Positions 31,203-43,337 are shown, counted from the stretch's first letter. The stretch is 64,000 bases of DNA from Clostridia bacterium (GCA_036307105.1 JAXJYD010000008.1:52281-116280), one strand, 5' to 3'. Translations and numbers: made by a program. The notes: generated by a model not told the origin, from the sequence alone.

Positions 31203-33170
31203 TTGAAAATGGATAACAAATATTTAAATGAAGCAATAATTGGAAATAAGCAAATGCTTGCAACATTTACATCTAAAGGGGAACTTCAGAGATTATATTT
31301 CCCAAGTAAGGATAATAGACAATACATAAATTTCTTTCATACGGGTGTAAAAATAAATAATTCAGATTTAATTTATTTACATGATGACGTTAATAATGTT
31401 TATAAACAATATTATGATACAGATACAAATGTTTTAAATACAGAGGTTACTAATACATATTTTAGTTTAAAAATGGTACAAACTGATTATGTCTTAATTA
31501 AAGAAAATGTATTAGTAAAAAAATATATTTTCTTAAATGATGGAAAAATTGATTTAGATACTAAATTTTTTATTCATTCAGAATTGCTATCTGACAGAAA
31601 TAATTTAGTAAGTTGTAAAGTTATAGATGAAGGAATGTTGCAATATGCACATGACTTTTCTGTATCTACTTTTGCAAAAGGACATAAAGTATCAAGTCAT
31701 CAAATAAATGGTAGTAAAGAAACAATTAATAGAGGAGAAATTAAAGATAAAGATTATATTGGAATGTCTAAAGATTCTAGTATTTGCTATGATTTAGGAA
31801 TAATAAAACCACAAGAAAAGAAAATATTAGAAATTTGTGTATTGGTTGATGATAATAGAAATGTATCTGCAATGGAAGATGAAGTTGATAGAATAACAAA
31901 AATTGATTTAAATAAAGAATATAACGAAACAAAATCATATTGGAGAAAATATGTAAAATCTCATAATGGCTTAAATTTAAAAGAACCTAAAAATAGCTAT
32001 GAAGAAAAAGTTTTCGAAATATATAAAAGAAGTATTTTATTATTTCCGTTATTAACAAATACAGAAACTGGCGGAATGATTGCAGCAACTGAAGTTGATG
32101 AAGATTTCACTAACTGTGGAAGATATGCATATTGTTGGCCTAGAGATGCAGTTTTTATTACAAAAGCAATGGATATCTTAAAAATGGATAAAGAAACTGA
32201 GAAGTTTTATAAAGTATTTTGTAAAAAGACACAAAGTAAAAATGGCATGTGGGAACAAAGATTTTTTACAGATGGAAAACTAGCTCCTTGTTGGGGATAT
32301 CAAATAGATGAAACAGCAAGTGTAGTATTTGGAGTATATGAACATTATAAATATACTAAATCAGAAAAATTCTTAAAAGATAATTTAAAAATGTGTGAAA
32401 AAGCTATAGACTTTTTAAAAAAATATGTTAAAGATTGGCTTGGAATAGAAGGAAAAGAAGAAAGAGATAAAGATAGAGTACAAGAAGAAATAGAAAATAG
32501 TGTAAATAGAAAAGGTCATAAATACCATGTAAGTTATGATTTGTGGGAAATGCATGAAGGAATTCATCTTTATTCAATAGCTAGCATATACTCAGCATTT
32601 GATTGTATCTTAAAAATATATAGATCTCTTGGAAAAAATGTATCAGAATTTGAAAATAATAGACTAAAAGAAGAAAAAGTACAAAAAAATGAAAGAGAAA
32701 TAGAAAAAATTCAAACTGAAATAAAAAAATACATAAATAAAAACTTATATGACGAAGAAAGAAAAACATATTTAAGAAATACAGAAGATAAAAAAATGGA
32801 TATTAGCATTTTGGGTGCTGTAACACCATTTAAAGTATTTAAACCAAAAGAAAAGAAAATTCTTAACACAATAGAAAATATAAACATGAGAATAAGAACA
32901 TATACAGGAGGATATCAAAGATTTGAAGAAGATCACTATATGAATGGAAATCCTTGGCCAATAGCCAACCTTTGGATGACATTATATTATTTAGAAACAG
33001 GAGAAAAGAAAAAAGCAAAAGAAGCATTCGATTTTGTAGTAAAAACAGCAGGAAAACATTATTTCTTAGGTGAACAAATAGATAACTCAATACTAAAACC
33101 AAACTGGGTAATTGGACTTGGCTGGTCCCATGCAATGTTTGTAATAGTACTTGAAAAATTATATGGGTGA
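31203..33170 (+). CDS. glycoside hydrolase family 15 (glucoamylase-like)
   Basis: The CWPRDA motif and an (alpha/alpha)6-type C-terminal half (..GYQ.DE..., W..LW...) fit GH15. Confidence 0.75.
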   Translation: MKMDNKYLNEAIIGNKQMLATFTSKGELQRLYFPSKDNRQYINFFHTGVKINNSDLIYLHDDVNNVYKQYYDTDTNVLNTEVTNTYFSLKMVQTDYVLIKENVLVKKYIFLNDGKIDLDTKFFIHSELLSDRNNLVSCKVIDEGMLQYAHDFSVSTFAKGHKVSSHQINGSKETINRGEIKDKDYIGMSKDSSICYDLGIIKPQEKKILEICVLVDDNRNVSAMEDEVDRITKIDLNKEYNETKSYWRKYVKSHNGLNLKEPKNSYEEKVFEIYKRSILLFPLLTNTETGGMIAATEVDEDFTNCGRYAYCWPRDAVFITKAMDILKMDKETEKFYKVFCKKTQSKNGMWEQRFFTDGKLAPCWGYQIDETASVVFGVYEHYKYTKSEKFLKDNLKMCEKAIDFLKKYVKDWLGIEGKEERDKDRVQEEIENSVNRKGHKYHVSYDLWEMHEGIHLYSIASIYSAFDCILKIYRSLGKNVSEFENNRLKEEKVQKNEREIEKIQTEIKKYINKNLYDEERKTYLRNTEDKKMDISILGAVTPFKVFKPKEKKILNTIENINMRIRTYTGGYQRFEEDHYMNGNPWPIANLWMTLYYLETGEKKKAKEAFDFVVKTAGKHYFLGEQIDNSILKPNWVIGLGWSHAMFVIVLEKLYG

Positions 33171-33271
33171 TTTAAAAAAACTTGCAATATAATTAATTTT
33201 GGTATAGAATGGAATTGCCTAAAATGATTTAGGTAATACTATAAAAAATAAAAGTGTTTAAAATATTTTAA

Positions 33272-34300
<1,029 letters not shown>

Positions 34301-34576
34301 GAGAAATAGTATTTATGGAATAATATAATAACTATTAAAAAAAATTTACTATTAAAATATAATTTAATTATTTTTAAAAATAAAAATAGTGCTTCCTTTT
34401 TATAGGTTGCACTTTTTTAACTATTCATTATCGGTGTTTACGTAAGGAATAGATAACCTGTAGTATATTTGAAAAAAGTCTATAAACAGAATAAATCACT
34501 TGTAAAATTTTGTGATTTAGTGTAAAATACGATTGTATTGTAAATAATAATTATTATTAAAGAAAGAAGGAAGAAA

Positions 34577-35635
34577 ATGAGATTCGTAAGTACAGAAGAA
34601 TCAAAAAAAGAATATAAAGAGTTTTTAGAAAATCATGATAGATGTAATTTTCAACAATCATTAGAATGGGCAGAAGTAAAGAAACCAAATTGGAAACCAG
34701 AAGTAATACTTGCAGAAGATGAAGATGGTAAAATAATAGGTTCACTTTGTGTATGGATTAGAAAGATGCCTGTTTTTGGAAATATAATGTATGCATCTAG
34801 AGGACCAGTATGTGATATACATGATATAGCTGTAATGAAACAATTAACAGATGGTGCAAAAGAGCTTGCAAAAAAATATAATGCAATAGTATTAAGAATT
34901 GAGCCAGATATTATAAGTGACGACCAAGATTTTAGAGATATTGTTTCAAACTTAGGATACAAAATAAAAGATGATGCCAAAGACTTTAAAGACGAAATAC
35001 AACCTAGATATGTATTTAGATTGGATATTAAAGGTAAAACAGAAGAAGAAGTTATGGCAGGATTTAAACAAAAATGGAGATATAATATTCGTTTAGCTGG
35101 AAAAAAAGGTGTTGTTGTAAAAGAAGGTACTAGAGAGGATTTAAAAGACTTTCATAAAATAATGATAGAAACTGGTGCAAGAGATGGATTTATAATAAGA
35201 CCATTAGAGTATTTTGAAAAAATGTATGATTGTTTAGGGCCAGAACATATGAAAGTACTTATGGCATATTATGAGGACAAGCCAATATCAGGAGTAATAC
35301 CAATATTTTATGGTAATAAAACATGGTATTTATATGGTGCTAGTAGTAACAAACATAGAAATTTAATGCCAAATTATTTATTACAATGGGAAATGATTAA
35401 AATGGCAATTGCTAGAAAAGATGATGTATATGATTTTAGAGGTGTATCTGGAGTAGTTGATGAAACACATCCGCAGTATGGATTATATAGATTTAAACAA
35501 GGGTTTGGTGCGACATTCACAGAATTTATTGGAGAAATTTATATGCCGTTTAAACCTATAACTTATAAATTATATAGATTTTCTGAAAAAGCATTTAGAA
35601 CAATAAGACAAATAAAAAGAAAAATAGCTAAATAA
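34577..35635 (+). CDS. FemAB-family peptidoglycan bridge aminoacyltransferase (FemX-like)
   Basis: F.QS.EWAEVK N-terminus, WRYNIR, LYGAS...R...PNYLLQWE.I. Confidence 0.78.
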   Translation: MRFVSTEESKKEYKEFLENHDRCNFQQSLEWAEVKKPNWKPEVILAEDEDGKIIGSLCVWIRKMPVFGNIMYASRGPVCDIHDIAVMKQLTDGAKELAKKYNAIVLRIEPDIISDDQDFRDIVSNLGYKIKDDAKDFKDEIQPRYVFRLDIKGKTEEEVMAGFKQKWRYNIRLAGKKGVVVKEGTREDLKDFHKIMIETGARDGFIIRPLEYFEKMYDCLGPEHMKVLMAYYEDKPISGVIPIFYGNKTWYLYGASSNKHRNLMPNYLLQWEMIKMAIARKDDVYDFRGVSGVVDETHPQYGLYRFKQGFGATFTEFIGEIYMPFKPITYKLYRFSEKAFRTIRQIKRKIAK

Positions 35636-35652
35636 TAAGGAGTATATATAAA

Positions 35653-36771
35653 TTGAATACCTTAGTAATTAATAAAAAAGATTTAAGACACAATATTGAA
35701 CAAATAAAAGAATTTGCTAAAAAAAGTGGAAAAGATGATAATGGTAATGAATTAAAAATAATTGCTGTTGTAAAAGGAAATGCATATGGATTAGGTTTGA
35801 TTGAATACACAAAATTTTTAATAGATAATGGTATTTCATTTTTTGCAGTTTCAACAGTAGATGAAGCATTAAAATTAAGAAAAGTAGGAATAAATCAAGA
35901 TATTTTGATGCTGTCTTCAACAGCAATTGAAGATGATGTAAGAGAATTGATAAAAAATGATATTATAATTACAATAGGCTCTAAAGAAGATATTGCTGTT
36001 GCTGAAAAAATAGCAAGCGAAGAAAATAAAAAAGTAAGAACACATTTAAAAATAGATACAGGGTTTGGTAGATATGGATTTATATATAACGATTCAGAAC
36101 AAATAGTAGAAAGTTTAAAAAATATTAAAAATATAAATATAGAAGGAACTTTTTCACATTTTTCAATTAGCTTTTATGATGAAAAATACACTAGATTACA
36201 ATTTCAAAGATTTATAGATACAGTTGGAATATTACAGGAAAATAAAATAAAAACAGGAATGCTTCATATATGTAATTCTTCTGCGTTTTTAAAATATCCA
36301 CAAATGCATTTAAATGCTGTAAGAGTAGGTTCTGCATTTTTAGGAAGATTATCATTTAAAAATAATCTAGGACTAAAAAAAATAGCACACTTAGAATCAG
36401 AAGTAGCTGAAATAAAAGAATTACCACCAAAATTTAATGTAGGATATTCAAATACTTACGAAACCAAAACAAAAACTAAAGTTGCAATTATTCCTAGTGG
36501 TTATATGGATGGAATTAATATGATAAATAACAGAGATATGTTTAGGAGTATAGATAAATTAAGATATATAGTAAGAGATATAAAAGACTTTTTTAAGAAG
36601 CAAGATATATATGTAAATATAAATGATCAAAAATGTAAAGTAATAGGAAGAGTTGGAACATATCATTTAACATGTGACATAACTGGTAAAAATATAAATA
36701 TAGGTGATAAAGTAAAAATAAATGTAAATCCTAAATTCGTGAATAGAAATGTAAGAAGGGAGTATAGATAA
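35653..36771 (+). CDS. alr: alanine racemase
   Basis: AVVKGNAYGLG with the PLP lysine. About 372 aa. TTG start after AAGGAG. Confidence 0.85.
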   Translation: MNTLVINKKDLRHNIEQIKEFAKKSGKDDNGNELKIIAVVKGNAYGLGLIEYTKFLIDNGISFFAVSTVDEALKLRKVGINQDILMLSSTAIEDDVRELIKNDIIITIGSKEDIAVAEKIASEENKKVRTHLKIDTGFGRYGFIYNDSEQIVESLKNIKNINIEGTFSHFSISFYDEKYTRLQFQRFIDTVGILQENKIKTGMLHICNSSAFLKYPQMHLNAVRVGSAFLGRLSFKNNLGLKKIAHLESEVAEIKELPPKFNVGYSNTYETKTKTKVAIIPSGYMDGINMINNRDMFRSIDKLRYIVRDIKDFFKKQDIYVNINDQKCKVIGRVGTYHLTCDITGKNINIGDKVKINVNPKFVNRNVRREYR

Positions 36772-37892
36772 TGAAAGAAGAAAAAATTGAAGAAAAAGAA
36801 CAAAATGAAGAAATTTTAAAAACTAATTTTTTTAAGAGATTATGGTATTCTATATCAAAAATAGAAAAATATCCAAACATGGCTGCTGAAGGATTAAAAA
36901 GAGCATTGGGATATTTAGTAAAAATTGTAATGATTCTTACATTAGTAATATCAGCTGGAATGATATATCAGACACATATATTAGTACAAAAAGGTGTAAA
37001 CTATCTAAATAATGAATTTCCGGAATTTACTTATAAAGATGGGATTTTAAGTGTAGCATCAGAAAATGAATTAAAAATAAATCAAGAAAAATTACCAATT
37101 GGAGAAGTGATTGTTGATACAAATACAGATGATGAGCAAAAAGTAAACCAATATATAAATGAAGTTACAGAAAATGAAGAAGGAGTAGTTGTTCTTAAAG
37201 ACAAGATAATTGTTAAAAATTCATCAGTTGTTGGAACAATAAATTACTCATATAAAGATACATTTGAGCAAATGGGAATAACTGAATTTAATAAACAAGA
37301 TGTAATAAATTATGCTAAGAGTTCAGGTATGTTCAAATTATATGCTAGCTTATTTTTAACAATTTTTGTATATTCATTTATCATGTATTTTTTAACAACA
37401 ATATCAAATGTGGTGTTACTAAGTATATTTGGATTTATTACAACTCTACTTGCAAAAATAAGAATGCGTTATGTTGCAATATTTAATATGTCAGTATATG
37501 CAATAACGCTATCTGTAATATTAAATATGTTATATATTGGAGTAAATATATTTGTTCCATTTAGTATGGAATATTTCCAAGTAATGTATGTTGCAGTTGC
37601 AGCAATATACCTAGTTGCAGCTATTCTAATATTAAAATCTGATTTTATAAAAAAACAGGCAGAATTAATGAAAATTGCAGAGGCTGAAGAAATTATAAAA
37701 AAAGAAAATGAAGAAAATAAAAAAGAAGAACCAGACAATAAAGAAAAGGATTCTGATAAAGAAAAAAAAGATGACGAAAAAAACAATGGCAAAGAAAAAA
37801 AGAAAAAATCAAAAGATAAAAAGGAACAAGATAAGGATGAAAACAAAGATGTTGGGAATTTAAATGATGAGCCAGAAGGATCTGAAGCGTGA
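36771..37892 (+). CDS. DUF1189-like membrane protein with K/E/D-rich tail
   Basis: N-terminus FFKRLWYSISK, several TM segments and an about 70-aa highly charged C-terminus. Confidence 0.5.
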   Translation: MKEEKIEEKEQNEEILKTNFFKRLWYSISKIEKYPNMAAEGLKRALGYLVKIVMILTLVISAGMIYQTHILVQKGVNYLNNEFPEFTYKDGILSVASENELKINQEKLPIGEVIVDTNTDDEQKVNQYINEVTENEEGVVVLKDKIIVKNSSVVGTINYSYKDTFEQMGITEFNKQDVINYAKSSGMFKLYASLFLTIFVYSFIMYFLTTISNVVLLSIFGFITTLLAKIRMRYVAIFNMSVYAITLSVILNMLYIGVNIFVPFSMEYFQVMYVAVAAIYLVAAILILKSDFIKKQAELMKIAEAEEIIKKENEENKKEEPDNKEKDSDKEKKDDEKNNGKEKKKKSKDKKEQDKDENKDVGNLNDEPEGSEA

Positions 37893-38011
37893 AACAATTT
37901 TGGAACAAAGGGGACAGTAATAAAATGTTCCACTTTTGTCGAATTATGTTGTATACCATATTAATAGATAGTTAATTATTACATTCGTACATTAAGAAAG
38001 GATTGAAAAAA

Positions 38012-39808
38012 ATGAGCAGAGAAAATAAAAAAAACAAGAAAAATAAAAAAATAGAGTTAATTGTTTTAATATCTATTTTAGTAATTGCTATAGGTGTATT
38101 GGTTGCTATGTTTATTATAAAAAACAATCAAGAAGAAGATAAAAAAACATTAGCATATACAGAATTAATAAAAGAATTGTCATATGGAAATATTGAGAAA
38201 ATAGAAATGAAAACAGGAAGTACAACTGTAAAGTTGAAAATGAAAAATCAAGAAGAAGAAAAGAATGCAATTGTACCTGAGTTAGAAAGCTTTATGGAAT
38301 TAGTTCAGGCAAAAGTAGCAGAAGGGAATGAAATTGAATTAATTCAAAAACCAAAAGATATATTATCACAAATTCCAGGAATGATAATGTCATTTTTACC
38401 TACAGCTATAATGTTAGCATTATTTATTATGATATTTAAAATGCAAGGTTTAGGGGAAAAAGGTAAAGTATATGATGACACAGAAAGAAAAACAAAAATA
38501 AAATTTGATGATGTAGCAGGATTAGATGAAGAAAAAGAAGAAATGGTTGAAATAGTAGAATTTCTAAAGAAACCAGAAAAATTCACAAAAATGGGAGCAA
38601 GGGTACCAAAAGGAGTTTTACTATATGGTAAGCCAGGTACTGGTAAAACGCTAATTGCAAAAGCAATTGCAGGAGAAGCAGATGTTCCATTTATCTCTAT
38701 GAGTGGATCTGAATTTATAGAAATGTTTGCAGGTCTTGGAGCATCACGTGTTAGGAAATTATTTGAAAAAGCTAGAAAATTAGCACCTTGTATTGTATTT
38801 ATTGATGAAATAGATGCAATAGGTTCAAGAAGAACTTCAAATAGTGGAGCAGAAACAGAAAATAATCAAACTTTAAATCAATTGTTAGTAGAAATGGACG
38901 GATTTGGATCTGAAGAAACTATAATTGTATTAGCTGCTACAAATAGACCAGAAATGCTTGATAAAGCTTTATTAAGACCAGGTAGATTTGATAGAAGAAT
39001 CACTATTCCGGTACCAGATTTAAAAGGTAGATTAGACATTTTAAAAATTCATAGCAAAGACAAAAAGATTTCTGAAGAGGTTAATTTAGAAAGTATAGCA
39101 GAAGATACAGCAGGTTTTACAGGAGCTGAACTTGAAAACATTTTAAACGAAGCAGCAATTATAGCAACTAAAAACAAACATGAATATATTGAAAATAATG
39201 ATATAGAAGAAGCGGTAAAAAAAGTAACTGTTGGATTAGAAAAACATACTAGAACATATTCAGATAAAGATAAGAAATTAACAGCATATCATGAAGCAGG
39301 ACATGCTGTAGTAAGTAGATACTTACCTACACAAACAGATGTAAAAGAAATATCAATTATACCAAGAGGGGTTGCTGGTGGATATACAATGTATAAATCT
39401 GATGAAGATAAATACTATATTTCTAAGACAGAAATGGAAGAAAAATTAATTGCATTACTTGGTGGAAGAGCTGCAGAGAAATTAGTATTAGATGATATAT
39501 CAACAGGAGCAAGTAATGACATAGAAGTAGCTACTGGAATTGCAAAAGACATGGTAACAAAATATGGTATGAGTGATAAATTAGGACCAATTGATTTCCA
39601 AGGAAAAGAACCATATGAAATGCAATTATTTGGTGAAGATATTGGAGACAAAATTGGAGCGGAAGTAAAAACATTAATAGATACAGCATATAAAAATGCA
39701 ATTGAGTTATTAAGACAACATAGAGATAAGCTTGATTTAATAGCACAAACATTATTAGAAAAAGAAAAAATAAAAGAAGAAGATTTCAAACGTTTCTTTG
39801 AAGAATAG
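38012..39808 (+). CDS. ftsH: ATP-dependent zinc metalloprotease FtsH
   Basis: GKPGTGKT Walker A, IVFIDEIDA Walker B, HEAGH zinc site. ATG at 38012 follows AAAGGA. Confidence 0.95.
   Translation: MSRENKKNKKNKKIELIVLISILVIAIGVLVAMFIIKNNQEEDKKTLAYTELIKELSYGNIEKIEMKTGSTTVKLKMKNQEEEKNAIVPELESFMELVQAKVAEGNEIELIQKPKDILSQIPGMIMSFLPTAIMLALFIMIFKMQGLGEKGKVYDDTERKTKIKFDDVAGLDEEKEEMVEIVEFLKKPEKFTKMGARVPKGVLLYGKPGTGKTLIAKAIAGEADVPFISMSGSEFIEMFAGLGASRVRKLFEKARKLAPCIVFIDEIDAIGSRRTSNSGAETENNQTLNQLLVEMDGFGSEETIIVLAATNRPEMLDKALLRPGRFDRRITIPVPDLKGRLDILKIHSKDKKISEEVNLESIAEDTAGFTGAELENILNEAAIIATKNKHEYIENNDIEEAVKKVTVGLEKHTRTYSDKDKKLTAYHEAGHAVVSRYLPTQTDVKEISIIPRGVAGGYTMYKSDEDKYYISKTEMEEKLIALLGGRAAEKLVLDDISTGASNDIEVATGIAKDMVTKYGMSDKLGPIDFQGKEPYEMQLFGEDIGDKIGAEVKTLIDTAYKNAIELLRQHRDKLDLIAQTLLEKEKIKEEDFKRFFEE
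39755..39808 (+). repeat. 54-nt direct repeat, copy 1 (the true 3' end of ftsH)
   Basis: 51/54 identical to 40877-40930. Confidence 0.9.
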
Positions 39809-39963
39809 AACGTTGATTTCTATCTTCTAACATAAAAGGTTACTGATGTTATCGGTGGCCTATTTCTAATAATAATTGAAAATAGTACTATTTAATACAA
39901 TTTTATTGAATCTTATAGGATTTTATGATAAATTATAAATATCAAATATAAAGGAGAAATCGT

Positions 39964-40766
39964 ATGCAAAAAATAACTATGTTAGGAACAGGAATGGGTT
40001 CTGTTATGGATTTATATAATACTTGTTTTGTTATACAAAATGATAAGGGTAGCTTTTTAGTAGATACAGGAGGAAGTATCGAAATATTAAAAAGACTAAA
40101 AATGATAAATATAAATTTAGAAGACATACATCATATTTTTATATCTCATAATCACACAGACCACATATTAGGATTTATTTGGATGCTAAAAAAAATAGGA
40201 GTTTATGCATTAAATGGGAAAATAAAAGATAGGATAAATGTTTATTGTAATGATGTTGTTTATGAATCATAAAAGCAATTTATAGTCATACATTACCTCA
40301 AAAATTTATAAATGAATTCCTAAAAGTTATAGATTTTCATGTGTTAAGTGATAATGAACAAATAGAAATAAATGGAATAAATTATACTTTTTTTGATATA
40401 AATGCTAAATCAACTAAGCAGTATGGATTCGAATGTTTCTTAAATGGGAAAAGATTAGTTTTCCTAGGAGATGAAACCATGAATCCAATCTTAAATGAAC
40501 GAGTAAGAGGAGCTGATTATGTTATGCATGAAGCTTTTTGTTTAGATTCAGAAGAAAATATATTTCATGCTTATCAAAAAAATCATTCAACAGTAAAAAG
40601 TGCTAGTGAAGCCTTAAATCAACTTGATGTTAAAAATATTATTTTATATCATACAGAAGAATCTCATGAGGATCAAAGAAAAAAATTATATATACAAGAA
40701 GCAAAAGAAAACTTTGATGGAAATGTAATAGTACCAAATGATTTAGAAATAATAGAAATAAATTAG
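39964..40766 (+). CDS. MBL-fold metallo-hydrolase (apparent frameshift near 40266-40274)
   Basis: HNHTDH motif in the first ORF. The second ORF continues the fold (..HEAF...LYHTEE). The frames join at an A-run. Confidence 0.7.
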
Positions 40767-40784
40767 AAAGTGAGTGAATTATAT

Positions 40785-40880
40785 ATGGGAATTGTAATTG
40801 TTGGTGGAGTAATTGAAAAAGATGGTAAATTTCTTTTAGTTCAAGAAACAAAAGAAAAATTAAAGAAGAAACAGGATTAG
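40785..40880 (+). pseudogene. NUDIX hydrolase N-terminal fragment (31 codons)
   Basis: MGIVIVGGVIEKDGKFLLVQE is a typical Nudix N-terminus. It terminates where the ftsH-tail repeat begins. Confidence 0.55.
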
Positions 40881-40930
40881 AGAAAGAAAAAATAAAAGAA
40901 GAAGATTTTAAACGTTTCTTTGAAGAATAA
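40877..40930 (+). repeat. 54-nt direct repeat, copy 2 (orphan copy of the ftsH 3' end)
   Basis: Would encode LEKEKIKEEDFKRFFEE* but has no upstream gene in frame. Confidence 0.9.
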
Positions 40931-40952
40931 ATTAAAAAAAGGATAATAAAAT

Positions 40953-42074
40953 ATGAAAAAAATATTAAGAGTTTTTTTTAGAATAATTATAGTAATGTCA
41001 ATGGTTGTTTTTACAATAATGACATTAATAAATATTTCTAAAAATAAAGAAATTCCTTCAGTATTTGGAATAATTATATATTTAACGTTAATCAGTATTA
41101 CTATTGTTTTAAGTATAATATTATTATCTAATCCTACTAGAAAAATTTCTTTTAGAAAAAAAGTCAAGATAAATAAAAACAAAAAAACATTAGAATTTCA
41201 AGAAATATGTAATAATTTAATGATTGAATATGGTGAGAGTTTAGACAGCTATAGAAAAAAAGGAATATTATTTATTATATTTGTTATATGTGGTTTAATA
41301 TTAACATTTTTACTATCACTATTAAAATTGAATTTTAAAGTAGTATTCATATTAGGAGGAGTTATTACTATACTACCTGTTACTTTATATTTAATTAACA
41401 AAAAAAGATATAAAGATGAATTTAAAAGAAAGATAATGCCAATAATTATTAAAGAAATTGATCAAAATTTACAATACTCACCAGAAGGTAACAATAATAT
41501 GATTAATCAATATAACCTGTTATTTCCAAATAACGATGATTATAATAGTGTTGAATCAACAGATTATATATATGGAAAAAAGAATAATGTTCCTTTAGAA
41601 ATATGTAAAATTTCACTTGCAAATTATAGTGAAAATTCTGGTGAAAAAATAAATACAATTCAAACAGTATTATTCACACATAATAAACTTGACTTTTCTG
41701 TTTCTAATAAGTTTACGATAAAACCCAATAATTTAATTTATAGCAATAAAAATAATAAGGTGGAAATGGATAGTAATGAATTTGAAAAATATTTCGATGT
41801 TTTTTCTGATTCTGATATGCTTGCAATGCAAATTCTAACTCATGATGTGATGGAAGAATTAATATATTTTCGTATGAAATTTGGATGTAAATTTGAGATT
41901 GTAATAAACAACGATGATATATATATTAAATTTAATACAGGTGAAGTTTTTATGCCAAAAGTGTTTACTAAAATAACAGATAGTGATTTTTTATGGACAT
42001 ATTATACAATTCTAAACTTTATTACAAATTTATGTGTAAGAATAAATAAAGCACTTGAAGGAACAGCAATATAA
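40953..42074 (+). CDS. DUF3137-like membrane protein
   Basis: N-terminal TM pairs, then FEKYFDVFSDSDMLAMQILTHDVMEEL, which resembles the DUF3137 signature. Confidence 0.55.
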   Translation: MKKILRVFFRIIIVMSMVVFTIMTLINISKNKEIPSVFGIIIYLTLISITIVLSIILLSNPTRKISFRKKVKINKNKKTLEFQEICNNLMIEYGESLDSYRKKGILFIIFVICGLILTFLLSLLKLNFKVVFILGGVITILPVTLYLINKKRYKDEFKRKIMPIIIKEIDQNLQYSPEGNNNMINQYNLLFPNNDDYNSVESTDYIYGKKNNVPLEICKISLANYSENSGEKINTIQTVLFTHNKLDFSVSNKFTIKPNNLIYSNKNNKVEMDSNEFEKYFDVFSDSDMLAMQILTHDVMEELIYFRMKFGCKFEIVINNDDIYIKFNTGEVFMPKVFTKITDSDFLWTYYTILNFITNLCVRINKALEGTAI

Positions 42075-42155
42075 AACAAGTATGGGGTTTTTAAATTCCA
42101 TACTTTTTTATATATAATAATTTTATTATAAGTTTTAACATTTTATAAAAAAACT

Positions 42156-42375
42156 GTTACAATTCATGGCTTGATAAAATTTGCTCCCGGAAGCATGTAT
42201 ATTTTTTTACTGCGCCGCCCCAACTTTGCACAGTCTACAATTAAAATTTTCGAATATTGCTCAATTTTAATGTAGACTGTAAGCTTGTCGGTCCCCACCC
42301 ATAACTGCTCGTAAAAAAATATATATGCTTCCTTGCGCTAACCTATTTTTTGTATTTTTAGCCGTGAATTGTAAC
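42156..42375 (+). mobile_element. MITE-like non-autonomous element, long form (220 bp)
   Basis: 16-bp terminal inverted repeats GTTACAATTCATGGCT / AGCCGTGAATTGTAAC. The 8-bp direct repeat AAAAAACT immediately flanks both ends. Confidence 0.75.
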
Positions 42376-42491
42376 AAAAAACTTACAAATTAATAATTAA
42401 AAATTACTGCATCTTGCACATACAATAATAAAATGATAAAATATTCTTGAAATAAATAAAATTCTTATAGAATTGATTGGAGGTGTGTAAT

Positions 42492-43337
42492 ATGACAATA
42501 AAAGAAACAATAAAAAAAGGAATGATAGATTTAAAAACAAATGGAATAGAAGAGCCTAACTTAAAATCAAGATTATTAATGCAGTATATATTAAATAAAC
42601 CCAGACAATATTTACTTGTTCATGATAATGAAACATTAACTTTAAGACAAGAAGTAAATTATTTTAAAGGCATAAAAAAACTTATAGAAGGAATTCCAAT
42701 TCAACATATTACACATATGCAAGAATTTATGAGAATGAATTTTTTTGTTAATGAAGATGTATTAATACCAAGACCTGATACAGAAAGCTTAGTTGAAGAA
42801 GTAGTATCAATAGCTAAAAGAATAAATGCAAAAAAAATAATGGACTTATGTACAGGAAGCGGAGCAATAGCTGTATCACTTGCTAAATATATCGAAAATA
42901 GTGAAATAACAGCAGTAGATATAAGTAAGAAAGCATTAAATATTGCAAAGAAAAATGCAATAAACAATAATGTTCAAAACCAAATTACATTTGTTGAATC
43001 AGACTTGTTCAATAGAATAAAAAAAGATAAATATGATATTATTGTATCTAATCCGCCTTATATTAGAAAAGATATTATAAAAACATTAGATAAGGAAGTG
43101 CAAAGAGAACCTAAAATAGCATTAGATGGTGGATATGATGGATTAGATTTTTACAGAAAAATAATAAACAAAAGTGATGAATATTTAAAGTTTAAAGGGT
43201 ATTTATGCTTGGAAATAGGATATGATCAGAAAATAGATGTTATAGAACTAATAGAAAATGAAGAAAAATATGTAGATACTTATTGCAAAAAAGATTTGTA
43301 TGGAAATGATAGAGTTGTTGTTACGAAGTTAAACTAA
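42492..43337 (+). CDS. prmC: peptide chain release factor N5-glutamine methyltransferase
   Basis: GSGAI SAM motif and NPPY motif. ATG after GGAGG. Confidence 0.9.
   Translation: MTIKETIKKGMIDLKTNGIEEPNLKSRLLMQYILNKPRQYLLVHDNETLTLRQEVNYFKGIKKLIEGIPIQHITHMQEFMRMNFFVNEDVLIPRPDTESLVEEVVSIAKRINAKKIMDLCTGSGAIAVSLAKYIENSEITAVDISKKALNIAKKNAINNNVQNQITFVESDLFNRIKKDKYDIIVSNPPYIRKDIIKTLDKEVQREPKIALDGGYDGLDFYRKIINKSDEYLKFKGYLCLEIGYDQKIDVIELIENEEKYVDTYCKKDLYGNDRVVVTKLN

Noticed and set aside
37680-37870. Repetitive AAAGAA/GATAAA-rich DNA that might be taken for a repeat array.
   Set aside because: It is in frame within the DUF1189-like gene and encodes a K/E/D-rich tail. It has no spacer-repeat periodicity, so it is not a CRISPR or a tandem-repeat locus.
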